Positions 47,242-57,457 of a DNA stretch of 64,000 nucleotides are shown piece by piece. Below the pieces are notes generated by a model. The model was not told the origin of the DNA. It did not search any database and saw only the letters and a program-made list of their open reading frames with translations. Origin of the DNA: Candidatus Poribacteria bacterium (GTDB taxonomy: Bacteria; Poribacteria; WGA-4E; WGA-3G); contig OZ243938.1 in NCBI GenBank assembly GCA_965214095.1, forward strand, positions 3,744,001 through 3,808,000, given 5' to 3'. Numbering within the stretch: position 1 is the stretch's first letter; every line of letters begins with the position of its first letter. Both the position numbers and the translations under genes were made by a program.

Positions 47242-48036
47242 TTAGATCGACTGCTTGAGTGCACCCCATGTCAACGCAAGTTTACCGGTAGGTTCAACAT
47301 CCAAAAACTCTTTGTCAAAAGTCAGGTCACCGTAAGCCACTGGATCCCATGCCTGACCTGGCATCCATCCAGCCTGAAGTTCCCGACTGCCATTTTCACA
47401 ATCATTGTAATGGAAACTCAAACCGATAGTTAACCCATCTTTTGCTTTGAAGTTATTGCCTTTCGTCGCGTTACCCGGATTCGGTCCACGTGCTGCTGAT
47501 GCATCTATTGCAATTTCATAGATGTAATTATTACCATCCACAACCAATTCCCATTCCGTATTCGCCTTTGATGCAGCCGCAGAAAGATCTTCACCATTCG
47601 CACCAAGTGTCCATTGAACAAGTGAATCTCTTATAATATCGTTGTCAAAATCAAACATCAATTCAACACTATCGTCCTGCCACCAGTTACTGTCCGGTGG
47701 GTTGATGTCCTGTAGTTTATCATCTGTGATTTCAACAAGAAAATAGATACGAGTGGGGTCGGATGCACTCCAAGCAACGCGTCCTTGTCCCTCAAAATCT
47801 TTGGCATTGGGCAATGCACCACCCACATCCTTTACTTCGTCAAAGGCAACTATCTCTGCCCGTTCCCATTCGCCAATCTTACCGTCTATCTTGAGATTAG
47901 AAATCTGTTTTGCCACATATTCTTTATCACGTTTTGCAGCATAAGTTATGTCCGTCAGAAATATTATTAGTAGAAGTCCTATGAAGACTACAACTATACG
48001 CTTAATGTCCATAATAAACCTTACTTTATTAATCAT
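47242..48036 (-). CDS. Exported CBM9-like sugar-binding protein with C-terminal KLALTWGALK motif
   Basis: IDG..GEW, IYF.VEITDD, WQDDSVEL.FD, YEIAI; signal peptide. Confidence 0.7.
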   Translation of the reverse strand: MINKVRFIMDIKRIVVVFIGLLLIIFLTDITYAAKRDKEYVAKQISNLKIDGKIGEWERAEIVAFDEVKDVGGALPNAKDFEGQGRVAWSASDPTRIYFLVEITDDKLQDINPPDSNWWQDDSVELMFDFDNDIIRDSLVQWTLGANGEDLSAAASKANTEWELVVDGNNYIYEIAIDASAARGPNPGNATKGNNFKAKDGLTIGLSFHYNDCENGSRELQAGWMPGQAWDPVAYGDLTFDKEFLDVEPTGKLALTWGALKQSI

Positions 48037-48060
48037 GTGTACTCTCCTTTATTAGTAGTG

Positions 48061-48090
48061 TTAGTCCTGTAGGGACGATATGTTTATAGA
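48061..48090 (+). repeat. GTCC(C/T)GTAGGGAC palindromic repeat
   Basis: TTAGTCCTGTAGGGACGATATGTTTATAG resembles TTAGTCCCGTAGGGACAGAATGTTTGTAG at 25198. Confidence 0.55.
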
Positions 48091-48290
48091 TAAAATGTTT
48101 CGCAACCTATTGAGTTCTGTAGAAATGATATGTGTATAATTACAATAATATGTCCAGAATCAGTTATAATGTCATTCTTTTCTCTCTAAGAATAGTGGAG
48201 TGTCGATTCGGACAAGATTAGTGTAGACAGAACAATAGTTGTAATTTGAAAAAATATTATAGGTAGCAACTTAGGTTTCAATATAAAGTT

Positions 48291-48339
48291 ATTCTCAAGA
48301 TAATGGACGGATATTGGATCCGTCCATTATCTTGAGAAT
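48291..48339. terminator. Perfect 22-bp stem hairpin downstream of the LamG gene
   Basis: ATTCTCAAGATAATGGACGGAT-attgg-ATCCGTCCATTATCTTGAGAAT. Confidence 0.75.
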
Positions 48340-48373
48340 CAGGAAAGTAATTTACTATGAGAAATACTTAACG

Positions 48374-49129
48374 CTACTTTTTTATATTACCCCATGTAGT
48401 AGCTAGTTTTGCTTTTGGGTCAACAGCAGTGACATTTGTTACCAAACCGTTATTCATGACATCTTGAACATCCCCTTCATCCAAGAATGCATCAAAAATC
48501 ACAAATTCATCTATCAAACCTTGCCACTGTCGGCTACCACCCCAGTCACCAATTCTACCGGGGTCAAGAACACCAGGGTTACCACCCCAATCGCTCTCTA
48601 CATCAAGTTCTCCATTGATAAAAAACCTGATCTTTTTCTCAGTTGCACTGTAAGCTGTTGCAACATGAACCCATTTATTCATTTCTCCCGATGTAAATGC
48701 AAAGTCTGCAAACGCATCATTACCACCGGTATTACCATTAATCGAAAACTCTACTTTGTTATTTGGATGCAATTGATAATGGATATCCCCTGCCTTCCAA
48801 CCTGTGTTGTTGAAGAAAGTACGCCAGCCATTTAACCGACCAGTGCAATTAACCCAGTGAGTGAAAGTTAGTTCCTCAAATGAACCTATCCTTTTAGGAA
48901 TATTAACCCATTCATTTGAACCGTTCAATTGGATTGCCTTGCCGAATTTTCCATCAACATAACTACCGCCTTGTGCATCACCGTCAAAGCCGTTATCCGA
49001 AAAATCCTCTGCATTGCCATCAAATAACCACGCTGCGGCAACCATATCTAACGACACTTCTGCAGATATGGGTAGACAAACGAGTATTAGGATCAATGCA
49101 CCCAAAATGCTTGTTGTTAATTTGAACAA
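48374..49129 (-). CDS. Exported LamG/concanavalin A-like domain protein
   Basis: WLFDG, GKFGKA, W.HVA, FFINGE, GLIDEF; C-terminal AVDPKAKLATTWGNIKK. Confidence 0.88.
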   Translation of the reverse strand: MFKLTTSILGALILILVCLPISAEVSLDMVAAAWLFDGNAEDFSDNGFDGDAQGGSYVDGKFGKAIQLNGSNEWVNIPKRIGSFEELTFTHWVNCTGRLNGWRTFFNNTGWKAGDIHYQLHPNNKVEFSINGNTGGNDAFADFAFTSGEMNKWVHVATAYSATEKKIRFFINGELDVESDWGGNPGVLDPGRIGDWGGSRQWQGLIDEFVIFDAFLDEGDVQDVMNNGLVTNVTAVDPKAKLATTWGNIKK

Positions 49130-49297
49130 AATGTATCTCCTTTATATTAGTCAGAAATTACTCATATACGGTATGCGTGCTTTGTAAGCGCGCTGGATAC
49201 TCAGAATTTTGCCGAAAATTATACACTATTTGTGTTAGAATTGTTGAATAAATTGCTAATAATGACTACATCCTATTCGTGAAAAAATAGATGTTTT

Positions 49298-50049
49298 CTA
49301 TTTCTTGAGACTACCCCAGGTGACTGTGACCTTCTCCTTAGGATCAATAGCAAGACCACTTTCCAACCCATCGTTCATGACAGAATTTATGTCATCTTCA
49401 CTCAATACGGTATTGAAGATGACAAATTCATCAATGAGACCTTGCCACTGTCGGCTGTCACCCCAGTCACCAATTCTACCAGGGTCAAGAACACCAGGAT
49501 TTCCACCCCAATCGTTCTCGGCATCAAGTTCACCGTTGATATAAAATCTTATCTTTTTTCTATTGCACTGTAAGCCGTTGCAATATGAATCCATTTATTC
49601 AATTCCTCACCTGTAACGCGAAAAGTAGCAAACTGATCATTTCCACCAGGATTGCCGTTGATGGAAAATTCCACTCTATTGTCATGGTGCAATTGGTAGT
49701 GAATGTCACCACCTTTCCAACCAGTAACATTGTAGAATGTCCGCCAAGCTCCATCTCTACCAGTGCATTTGACCCAATGCGCGAAGGTAATCTCTTCAAA
49801 TGAACCCATTTTTTTACTAATGGTAACCCATTCAGTTGTTCCGTTGAGTTCAATCGCTTGACCTATTTTGCCCTCAACATATTTACCACCTACAGCTTCA
49901 CCATCAAAACCATTTGCTGACATATCTTTGGCATCGCCATCAAAGAGCCATGCCCCAACAATCATATCTTCCGAGATCTCTGCCACACCGGACATATTCA
50001 GACACAGTATTAGCAGCAGAACCATCGCATAAGTGAATATTCTTAACAA
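49298..50049 (-). pseudogene. Tandem LamG paralog split by a 1-nt frameshift in an A run
   Basis: GAA AAA AGA TAA where the paralog reads EKKIRF; adding one A fuses the 166-aa and 98-aa ORFs. Confidence 0.82.
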
Positions 50050-50174
50050 AATGGACCTCCTATGTAAAAACAGAAAATAGAGAACAGAAAAAGTTCCCTT
50101 ACTTTGAATTTCTATACTAAAACCTACGTATTTTTTATATTATCACGAAAACAGATTAAATACAATGAACAGTG

Positions 50175-51056
50175 TTAAATTGACCTATGCTTAGCCACAC
50201 CGCTTGGGTTTTCAAACGCATCCACCCACAGATGACACCATTCCGCGTGATCCTTCAATACAGAATCAGGATTCTTTCGACTGCGAACAACAAAATCAGG
50301 ATGAGAAGTTCTACCAGTATGATGTCCTGTCGTTTGGAAACGCAAGTCTAATGACCAACGGCATCTATCTGACTTATTCGGTTGCGAACGGTGTGGTGCA
50401 AAACGACTGAATAAGATAATATCCCCACGATAACACTCAAGCATTATCGGTTCAAAATCTGGCATCAAATCAGGCACTATCATGGTACCACCCTCTTTCT
50501 GATGTGTCAGGTATCCAATATCATCGGTAACACCGGGTAACGCTTCCAGGCACCCCATTTCAATGGTGCTATCACCTAACGGTAGCCAACATGTAACTAC
50601 ATTTGAACTTTCAGCTTCTTCCATCATAACACCTGCATCCTGATGCCACGGCACACCACCTGCCCAACTTGCATTTCCATCAATAACAGGCGGTTTGGCA
50701 CGCACATGTTGAATCGGATTGCATGTGATTTCAGGTCCAACAACCCCTTCAATGACATCCAGCAGGTTGTCGTTTCTCATGAACTCAAAAATTGCCGTAC
50801 CCCGATAGTGCATAATGTCCATTCCACCGCCAATCTCTCCTGATTGAGCAAGGAGTTTGCCAAAACGTCTATCAAAAGGTTCATCCTCATACAAATTCTC
50901 AATTTTACCATGTTGGTGTAATTCATCCGCACGTTCAGAAATCCAATCCGATATTTCATCAATAACAGGTTGAGTATCTTCATCTGTCAAAGCATTTTTG
51001 ACTAACAGAACACCTTGTGTTTGATATGTTTTCTTCTGTTCAGGTGTAAGTTGCAT
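50175..51056 (-). CDS. Phytanoyl-CoA dioxygenase (PhyH) family
   Basis: PWHQD, CWLPL, GCL..LPG, GD...FS...PH.S..N, RWSLDLRF. Confidence 0.9.
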   Translation of the reverse strand: MQLTPEQKKTYQTQGVLLVKNALTDEDTQPVIDEISDWISERADELHQHGKIENLYEDEPFDRRFGKLLAQSGEIGGGMDIMHYRGTAIFEFMRNDNLLDVIEGVVGPEITCNPIQHVRAKPPVIDGNASWAGGVPWHQDAGVMMEEAESSNVVTCWLPLGDSTIEMGCLEALPGVTDDIGYLTHQKEGGTMIVPDLMPDFEPIMLECYRGDIILFSRFAPHRSQPNKSDRCRWSLDLRFQTTGHHTGRTSHPDFVVRSRKNPDSVLKDHAEWCHLWVDAFENPSGVAKHRSI

Positions 51057-51208
51057 ATACTTTCTCCTAAAATCTCAAGTTAGTGTATATAATATCATTA
51101 ACGCTAATGATAGACAAGTGGAAATAGCGAGTGTGCACAAATGAATTGAATTTTCTCAATATAGATGTTATAATTTAAAAAACGAAAATAGGAGGACAGA
51201 CTAATCTA

Positions 51209-52453
51209 ATGAAAAAGTTCCTAATTATAGTAATAGGACTAACACTGATTACCCCGTATGTACAAGCAGAAATTACTTATAGCGATGACATTGCACCGAT
51301 AATCCAACGGGAGTGTCAATCATGCCACAGGCAGGGTGAAGTTGCCCCGTTTGCACTCACTGACTACCAAGATGCAAAAGCGTGGGCAACGGAGATAGCA
51401 GAATACACGAAAGCCCGTCTGATGCCGCCTTGGAAACCGGCAGAGGGATTCGGTCATTTCAAGAATGAACGTCGTTTGACCGAAAAAGAGATACAGATGC
51501 TTACCGATTGGGCAGAAGCAGGCGCGCCAGCAGGTGACTTGTCCAAAACACCGCCAAATCCAAAGTTCCATGATGGTTGGAAACTCGGTGACCCTGACCA
51601 TATCGTTGAAATGCCAGTGGAATATGAGATTGAACCAGAAGGCGAGGACGAATATCGCCACTTCATCATACCTACAGACTTTGACACAGACATGTATGTA
51701 CAGGCAGTAGATGTGCAGCCGGGCAATCGTAAGACGGTACACCATGTCATTCTCTATTTAGACACGCAAGGACAAGGACGTGCACGTGCAGCGAAAGACC
51801 CGAAACCAGGATATGTGACAGAAGGCACAGGTCCAGGTATTGACATAGCAGGTTCACTCGGTGGATGGGCACCCGGTCTTCAACCTTATGTATTGCCAGA
51901 AGGTGTTGGGTATCTGTTGCCGAAGGGTGCTGATATTGTGATGCAGGTGCACTACTACCGCACCGGACACATTGAGCGTGACCAATCGCGTGTTGGTTTA
52001 TACTTCAATAAGACCGAGAAGACAGCACCGCTACTGATTGCTTCAGCGATTAATAGCAAATTCATAATTCCTGCAGGTGAGAAGAAATTTACCGTTCAAG
52101 CTTCCAGACGTGTGAAAAGGGATGCTTATCTGTTGGCTACGATGCCGCATATGCATCTGTTGGGACGTGATATGAAGATTATAGCAACGCCACCGACGGG
52201 TGATCCGATTGACCTTATTTGGATTCAGGATTGGGATTTCAATTGGCAGGACATTTACTACTTCCAAAAGCCGATTTTCTTACCGGCTGGTACAAATGTG
52301 TCGCTTGTTGCGCACTTTGACAATTCCGCAAGCAATCCCGCAAATCCGCATAATCCGCCAGTCCCAGTAGGATGGGGTGACAAAACGACGGATGAGATGT
52401 GTATTGGGTTTTTGTATTTAGTTGATGCGAATGAGTATCAACCGGTGGAGTAG
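51209..52453 (+). CDS. Exported c-type heme plus copper type II ascorbate-dependent monooxygenase-like protein
   Basis: CQSCH heme motif; VHH, QVHY, PHMH, DEMC copper-ligand motifs. Confidence 0.82.
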   Translation: MKKFLIIVIGLTLITPYVQAEITYSDDIAPIIQRECQSCHRQGEVAPFALTDYQDAKAWATEIAEYTKARLMPPWKPAEGFGHFKNERRLTEKEIQMLTDWAEAGAPAGDLSKTPPNPKFHDGWKLGDPDHIVEMPVEYEIEPEGEDEYRHFIIPTDFDTDMYVQAVDVQPGNRKTVHHVILYLDTQGQGRARAAKDPKPGYVTEGTGPGIDIAGSLGGWAPGLQPYVLPEGVGYLLPKGADIVMQVHYYRTGHIERDQSRVGLYFNKTEKTAPLLIASAINSKFIIPAGEKKFTVQASRRVKRDAYLLATMPHMHLLGRDMKIIATPPTGDPIDLIWIQDWDFNWQDIYYFQKPIFLPAGTNVSLVAHFDNSASNPANPHNPPVPVGWGDKTTDEMCIGFLYLVDANEYQPVE

Positions 52454-52503
52454 TGGATAATTTTGTAGGCGCGCATTGTGAGCGTGCCTACAAGATGGTC
52501 CTA

Positions 52504-53187
52504 TCATCCCATCTTCCTTCCAACAAAATAAACCGCAGAAGCTAAGATATGCGAATGTGGATGCAACATCAACAATGAATCTAACCACACCAATGGAAAC
52601 GTCAACCACCCAACGAAGAGAGAGATAGCCTTCGCAAGCAATAGACTCCCAAAAGAGCAGACAAGACCGACATACTCACGGAAAATCCAATGAAGCGCAG
52701 CAGTTGGTCCAGCACATGCCCCACTTTCAACTTCATCAAACTGAGAGAATAACGCAGCAAATCCTGTTGTCGTCCACCGTTGATAATCGTGTGGAGAGGC
52801 GTGGTAACCTTGTAGAAACGGAACGGCAGCACAGACATATCCATCCGGTTTCAGCACACGATGTACCTCCGCGACGACTTGTTGCGGATTGCTAACATGT
52901 TCCAGTACTGCTTCAGAGATGACCGCATCCAAAGAGTTATCAGCGAAAGGCAGGTTGTGTCCATCACCGACGATGTCTACTGTGGGGGTTGGTTCAATTT
53001 CAAGGTTGATAACATTCGGGGCGCGACGGTGCATGCCAGAACCGAGATCCAGAATCTTCGCTTCTGGACCAAGTTCTCGTATAATGCGTTTGACAGATTT
53101 ATTCCAATGAGGAGCGGGATAAGGGCATCCCATTAGGGGGGCTAAAAATCTGTGTTGTCGTAATCGGTTTTTGATCCGATCAATCAT
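52504..53187 (-). CDS. Class I SAM-dependent methyltransferase
   Basis: ILDLGSG, LPF, VLEHV, RVLKPDG, PHDYQRWT. Confidence 0.88.
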   Translation of the reverse strand: MIDRIKNRLRQHRFLAPLMGCPYPAPHWNKSVKRIIRELGPEAKILDLGSGMHRRAPNVINLEIEPTPTVDIVGDGHNLPFADNSLDAVISEAVLEHVSNPQQVVAEVHRVLKPDGYVCAAVPFLQGYHASPHDYQRWTTTGFAALFSQFDEVESGACAGPTAALHWIFREYVGLVCSFGSLLLAKAISLFVGWLTFPLVWLDSLLMLHPHSHILASAVYFVGRKMG

Positions 53188-53242
53188 GGTTAATGTCTAA
53201 CTACAACAAAGACAGGGTCAATACGTTGACCGCCATCACTGC

Positions 53243-53785
53243 TTAGGTTTGTGGAAATTGGACATTCGCTTCATCCGCTGCATTTACCAAATCTCTCACG
53301 ATCAGCATAGTAAGTTGTGCTACTTTCCGAGAAAATTCCGCATCGGAAATCGTCCGATAGCGGCCGGGTTGTGCGGAAGTCAGTCGTTCATTCGCTATTG
53401 TCAACGCGCCTGTGACAAGTTCCCATGAAGCATCAATCTGTTCAATACTTTCTTGTGCTTCAATAATATCTACGTCAATACTCTCTTGATTCTCATCGTC
53501 TGCTGTGGTTAGATCACCTGTCAAAAGACGTTGGCGATTTTCATTGATTGCATCAAGCACTTGTTTTGCAGCGAACTGATGAGCCCCTTTCTTCGCACCG
53601 GGAATCGGGTCAATCGTTTCGTGAATTCTGTCTCCGTAATGCACAGTCACCTTCCAACTGGGTGCGTCAGGTGTGCCGTGTCGAGTTTCAGTGAAGCGCG
53701 GTTGACTCAATCCGCGTTCTTGGCAGTATTGTATTAAGAGTCCTTTATAGTTACCATCAGGTTCCACAACGTCCTGAACGGTCAT
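53243..53785 (-). CDS. Stand-alone double-stranded RNA-binding domain protein
   Basis: NYKGLL.QYCQ.RG...P.F, G.PDAP.W.VTV, KKGAHQ.AAK resemble the dsRBD of RNase III; no nuclease domain. Confidence 0.7.
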   Translation of the reverse strand: MTVQDVVEPDGNYKGLLIQYCQERGLSQPRFTETRHGTPDAPSWKVTVHYGDRIHETIDPIPGAKKGAHQFAAKQVLDAINENRQRLLTGDLTTADDENQESIDVDIIEAQESIEQIDASWELVTGALTIANERLTSAQPGRYRTISDAEFSRKVAQLTMLIVRDLVNAADEANVQFPQT

Positions 53786-53806
53786 ATTCTTCCTCCTAGA
53801 ACTGCT

Positions 53807-54034
53807 CTATCTGCTGTTGTCGTAGCGGGGACGGTATTCTGTTGTTCTGGGTTTGACCTTACGTTGACGTTTCAGTTCAATTCTACGCCGTTTTTCACTC
53901 GGTTTTTCATAAAAACTGCGTTTCTTAATTTCCGTAACAACTCCCGCTTTACCACACATTTTTTTAAATCTTGCAAGTGCTCTATCAAAAGATTCCTCTG
54001 AAGAAACAGTAACTTCTACTTGTACCATTTTCAT
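53807..54034 (-). CDS. rpsU: 30S ribosomal protein S21
   Basis: ESFDRALARFKK, KKRSFYEKPSEKRRR. Confidence 0.93.
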   Translation of the reverse strand: MKMVQVEVTVSSEESFDRALARFKKMCGKAGVVTEIKKRSFYEKPSEKRRRIELKRQRKVKPRTTEYRPRYDNSR

Positions 54035-54061
54035 ATCCTCCTAATGTATAATTGCTACAAT

Positions 54062-54090
54062 ATTATAGCATGTCCGAGGCTGGATGTCAA
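54062..54090 (-). promoter_or_regulatory. Consensus sigma70 promoter for rpsU
   Basis: Minus strand TTGACA-17 nt-TATAAT with TG extension. Confidence 0.85.
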
Positions 54091-54121
54091 CTTTTTTTGG
54101 CAACTTTGGCAACTACCAGAC

Positions 54122-54151
54122 TTGACACGGTATATACCCTCATGCTAAAAT
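54122..54151 (+). promoter_or_regulatory. Sigma70 promoter for rimI (probably leaderless mRNA)
   Basis: TTGACA-18 nt-TAAAAT, then 6 nt to the ATG; no SD. Confidence 0.65.
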
Positions 54152-54157
54152 GCCGTA

Positions 54158-54622
54158 ATGATGATAGATAAGCCAATGCCTGATGTATTTATTGAACGGA
54201 TGCAATCTAAAGACTTAAAACAGGTGATGAAAATAGAGACAGAGGCATTTCCTGATCCGTGGCACGTGTCCTTTTTCAAGAGACAACTGCATCCTCGGAA
54301 GAAACACATGCATCTATATGTTGCGCGGTTATCTGAAAAAGTTATTGGGTATATTGTGTTTTACATTAATTTCGGTGAAGCACATATAATGAATATCGCA
54401 GTGGATAAAACGTATAGGCGGCAGGGTGTGGCAAAATATCTGTTTGACTATGCTTTTGAGATCATCAAGACGAACGCTGCAGAAGTGATATTCCTTGAAG
54501 TCGCTGACAATAACACCGCGGCACTGCAACTTTATCGGCAATACGGTTTTGAGGTATACGGCAAACGAAAAAGATATTATCGCAACGGTGGAGATGCTTA
54601 CGTGATGCGAAAGGAAATCTAA
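54158..54622 (+). CDS. rimI: Ribosomal protein S18 alanine N-acetyltransferase
   Basis: IE..AF.DPW, EAHIMNIAV..YRRQG, LEV..N..A..LY...GF, RKRYY, DA.VM. Confidence 0.88.
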   Translation: MMIDKPMPDVFIERMQSKDLKQVMKIETEAFPDPWHVSFFKRQLHPRKKHMHLYVARLSEKVIGYIVFYINFGEAHIMNIAVDKTYRRQGVAKYLFDYAFEIIKTNAAEVIFLEVADNNTAALQLYRQYGFEVYGKRKRYYRNGGDAYVMRKEI

Positions 54623-54706
54623 AAGTTATCATATAAATCTGATGTTAGGACGGTAATAATGGATGGACACAGAGACCCATCCCAACAATGATGGAGGTAT
54701 GAATCT

Positions 54707-55498
54707 ATGATATTTGATATTGCACGAAACGCTTTTCATGCGACACCTAACGGACAGACGCTTTCTCTTTCAATACGGAGACAGGAGGCGCGGACTGTCG
54801 GTAGACACGGATGGCGAATTATTGAGGAGGAAGTGGACTGGCAAACAGATGAAACTGCTATTATTGTGGTGGACATGTGGAATAAACATTGGTCGTGGGG
54901 AGCAACTGAACGGGTGAACATTATGGCACCTCGGATGAACATTGTGCTGCAACGTGCCAGACAGCGTGGTGTGCAGATAATCCATGCCCCGTCTGATACG
55001 ATGGATTTCTACGAGGAGCATCCCGCACGCATCGCCATGCAGCAGTTTCCACATGCTGACCCACCTGAGCAACGTGAAATGCCCGATCCCCCACAACCTG
55101 TTGATGCCTCTGATGGCGGTTCAGACACTGGTGAAGCGAACAGTTACAAAGCATGGCACCGGCAACACCCAGCCATAGAAATTGATGACGGTGATGTGAT
55201 CAGTGATAACGGTCAGGAGGTATATAACTTACTTGCTGATAAAGGCATTCAGAACCTGATATTTATGGGAGTTCATACGAATATGTGTGTGTTGGGTCGT
55301 TCCTTTGCTATTAAGCCGATGGTAAAGTGGGGTTTCAACGTGGTCCTAGCCCGTGATCTGACAGATGCGATGTATAATCCATTCAAACCGCCTTATGTTA
55401 GTCATGAAGACGGAACGCGTCTCATCATTGAATATATTGAAAAGTTCTGGTGTCCTACGATATTGAGCGGTGACCTTACTACACCTGAGCCGGAATAA
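54707..55498 (+). CDS. Isochorismatase-like cysteine hydrolase
   Basis: IIVVDMW, IIHAPS, GVHTNMCV, RDLTD. Confidence 0.8.
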   Translation: MIFDIARNAFHATPNGQTLSLSIRRQEARTVGRHGWRIIEEEVDWQTDETAIIVVDMWNKHWSWGATERVNIMAPRMNIVLQRARQRGVQIIHAPSDTMDFYEEHPARIAMQQFPHADPPEQREMPDPPQPVDASDGGSDTGEANSYKAWHRQHPAIEIDDGDVISDNGQEVYNLLADKGIQNLIFMGVHTNMCVLGRSFAIKPMVKWGFNVVLARDLTDAMYNPFKPPYVSHEDGTRLIIEYIEKFWCPTILSGDLTTPEPE

Positions 55499-55816
55499 TC
55501 TATTCTCTCGTTTTAGTTCTACACACCCTAACGCAAAATATACTGGTAAATACGGGAATCTTCTAACACTGTCTGAACCAGGATTTTCAGGATTACTTGG
55601 TGAATGTCGGACGCGCATTTACGAAGTGCAATTCATCGTGCCTCGGACATTCACAACGACTAACAAAGCTCCAAATTCGACTTTAACTTTTAGAGTCGGT
55701 CTCACATAATATCCTAGCAGACTATTTGACTCAACCTTATTGAAATAAATCTGTCAAAAACAACGCGCAATTTCGTGAACATTATATCCTAAAATATAGA
55801 GTATTTGCTGTAGCGT

Positions 55817-55933
55817 ATACCATTTCCATTAATGATATTCTCTCTTGAAAAGGCTTTAAGAGGCATAATGAATTGTGCCACTACGAACGGTCTATTTCGT
55901 AAAAGGAAGATATTCAGAGAAATGATGTTGTAT
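55817..55933. mobile_element. ATACCA-ended MITE-like element containing REP family B
   Basis: ATACCATTTCC left end, GAGGCATAATGAATTGTGCCACTAC inside, degenerate right end; another degenerate REP B near 55625. Confidence 0.55.
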
Positions 55934-55960
55934 TCCATATTGAAATAGATAGAGAAGAGA

Positions 55961-57331
55961 ATGTCCAAAAAAGGGAATCACCAACTAAGAAACTTTGGGT
56001 TCGCACTGCTTCAAGGCACCTTCATGCGTATCAACCTTGCTTTTGTGGATGCGTCAACGGTGCTTTCTGCTTTCGTGCATAAACTCACCGGATCCAATTT
56101 CCTTGTGGGGCTGACTGGCTCAATGATGACAGCCGGTTGGATGTGGCCACAGCTGTTGGTATCTAATCTGCTGGAACATCGTCAGCGTAAGATGCCATAT
56201 TATGCAATCGGGATGGGTATGCGTGTGTTCGCGTGGCTGGCTATATTCTTTTGCACTGTAAGAATTGGCGCGCAAAATCCGATTCTACTCGTAGCCTGCT
56301 TTTTAGGATTCTACTTTTTATCTTCCTCAGCTATGGGTGTTTCAACGCTCCCCTATATGGACATCATCTCTAAATCTATAGCACCAAATCGGCGTGCACG
56401 CTTTTTCAGCCTAAGACAAGTATGCGGTGGATTTTTTGGTATATGGGTAGGATTTTTTGTGCGTGCCGTGCTTGTGAAAGAGGATGAATTTAATGGTGTT
56501 TTTGGATGGATTACACAAAGTTTCAGAACAATAACGATGTATGTCATCAGTTCCATCTTTCAGATAGAGACTGAACTTGTGTTCCCATCAAATTACTCTG
56601 TCCTCTTTATCTGTTCTGTGCTTGCAGCCTTTCTATCTTTTGTCAGTTTCTTGGGAATACGTGAACCCATTCATCCTGTTAATGCGAAGCGTATACCTAT
56701 GTGGGAGCACTTAAAACAGGGACCTCATTTCTTACGGACAGATAAGAATTATCGTAGGTTTATATTTTTCCGCATCGGATTGCACCTTGCTGGCATGGGA
56801 ATCCCTTTCTACACACCGTATGCCTTGTATGTATTAGGTGTTCCCGAGTCAACTATTGGTTTTTTCATCGTATGTTCTGCTTTTAGCGGTGTTGTTTCAA
56901 ATGCCATGTGGGGTTATATCGGAGAAAGATACGGCGTGCGATGGTTGCTGATTATCACTGCTGGTTTGATGGCGTTTCCGCCAGCAATCGGGTTCTTTTC
57001 AGGTATAGTTCCAAAGACCTTTATATTACCTGCTTTTTTCTTCCTTTTTGCAATAAGTGGTGTATTGTCAAACGGTATGATGGTTGGATTCATGGCGTAT
57101 ATGTTAAACATAGCACCCCCGCGCAGTCGTCCGAGTTATATCGGTTTTATGAATACTTTGTTATTACCTGCCAGTTTCGCATCTACGATTGGTGGATTAC
57201 TCGTACCGCTTATCGGTCATCAAGGGTTGTTTGCATTATGTTTTTGTATTTGTCTTGTTGCCTTCCGCATTGCTACTGGACTACAGGAGATTATGCATGA
57301 GGATGAGTTTGATGATGCTAGTGAGACGTAG
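55961..57331 (+). CDS. MFS transporter
   Basis: About 12 TMs; W.WPQL, RRARFFS.R, WGYIGERYG, APPRSRPSY. Confidence 0.88.
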   Translation: MSKKGNHQLRNFGFALLQGTFMRINLAFVDASTVLSAFVHKLTGSNFLVGLTGSMMTAGWMWPQLLVSNLLEHRQRKMPYYAIGMGMRVFAWLAIFFCTVRIGAQNPILLVACFLGFYFLSSSAMGVSTLPYMDIISKSIAPNRRARFFSLRQVCGGFFGIWVGFFVRAVLVKEDEFNGVFGWITQSFRTITMYVISSIFQIETELVFPSNYSVLFICSVLAAFLSFVSFLGIREPIHPVNAKRIPMWEHLKQGPHFLRTDKNYRRFIFFRIGLHLAGMGIPFYTPYALYVLGVPESTIGFFIVCSAFSGVVSNAMWGYIGERYGVRWLLIITAGLMAFPPAIGFFSGIVPKTFILPAFFFLFAISGVLSNGMMVGFMAYMLNIAPPRSRPSYIGFMNTLLLPASFASTIGGLLVPLIGHQGLFALCFCICLVAFRIATGLQEIMHEDEFDDASET

Positions 57332-57457
57332 AATTGGGTGCCTAAATGTATATCGTTGCCATCGTTTGATATTTATGGTATTATTATGAAGTAGGTTAAC
57401 ATCGGTAGTGATAGGCACGAGAACCAGATAAATGTATAACAATAGGGATAAGACAAC

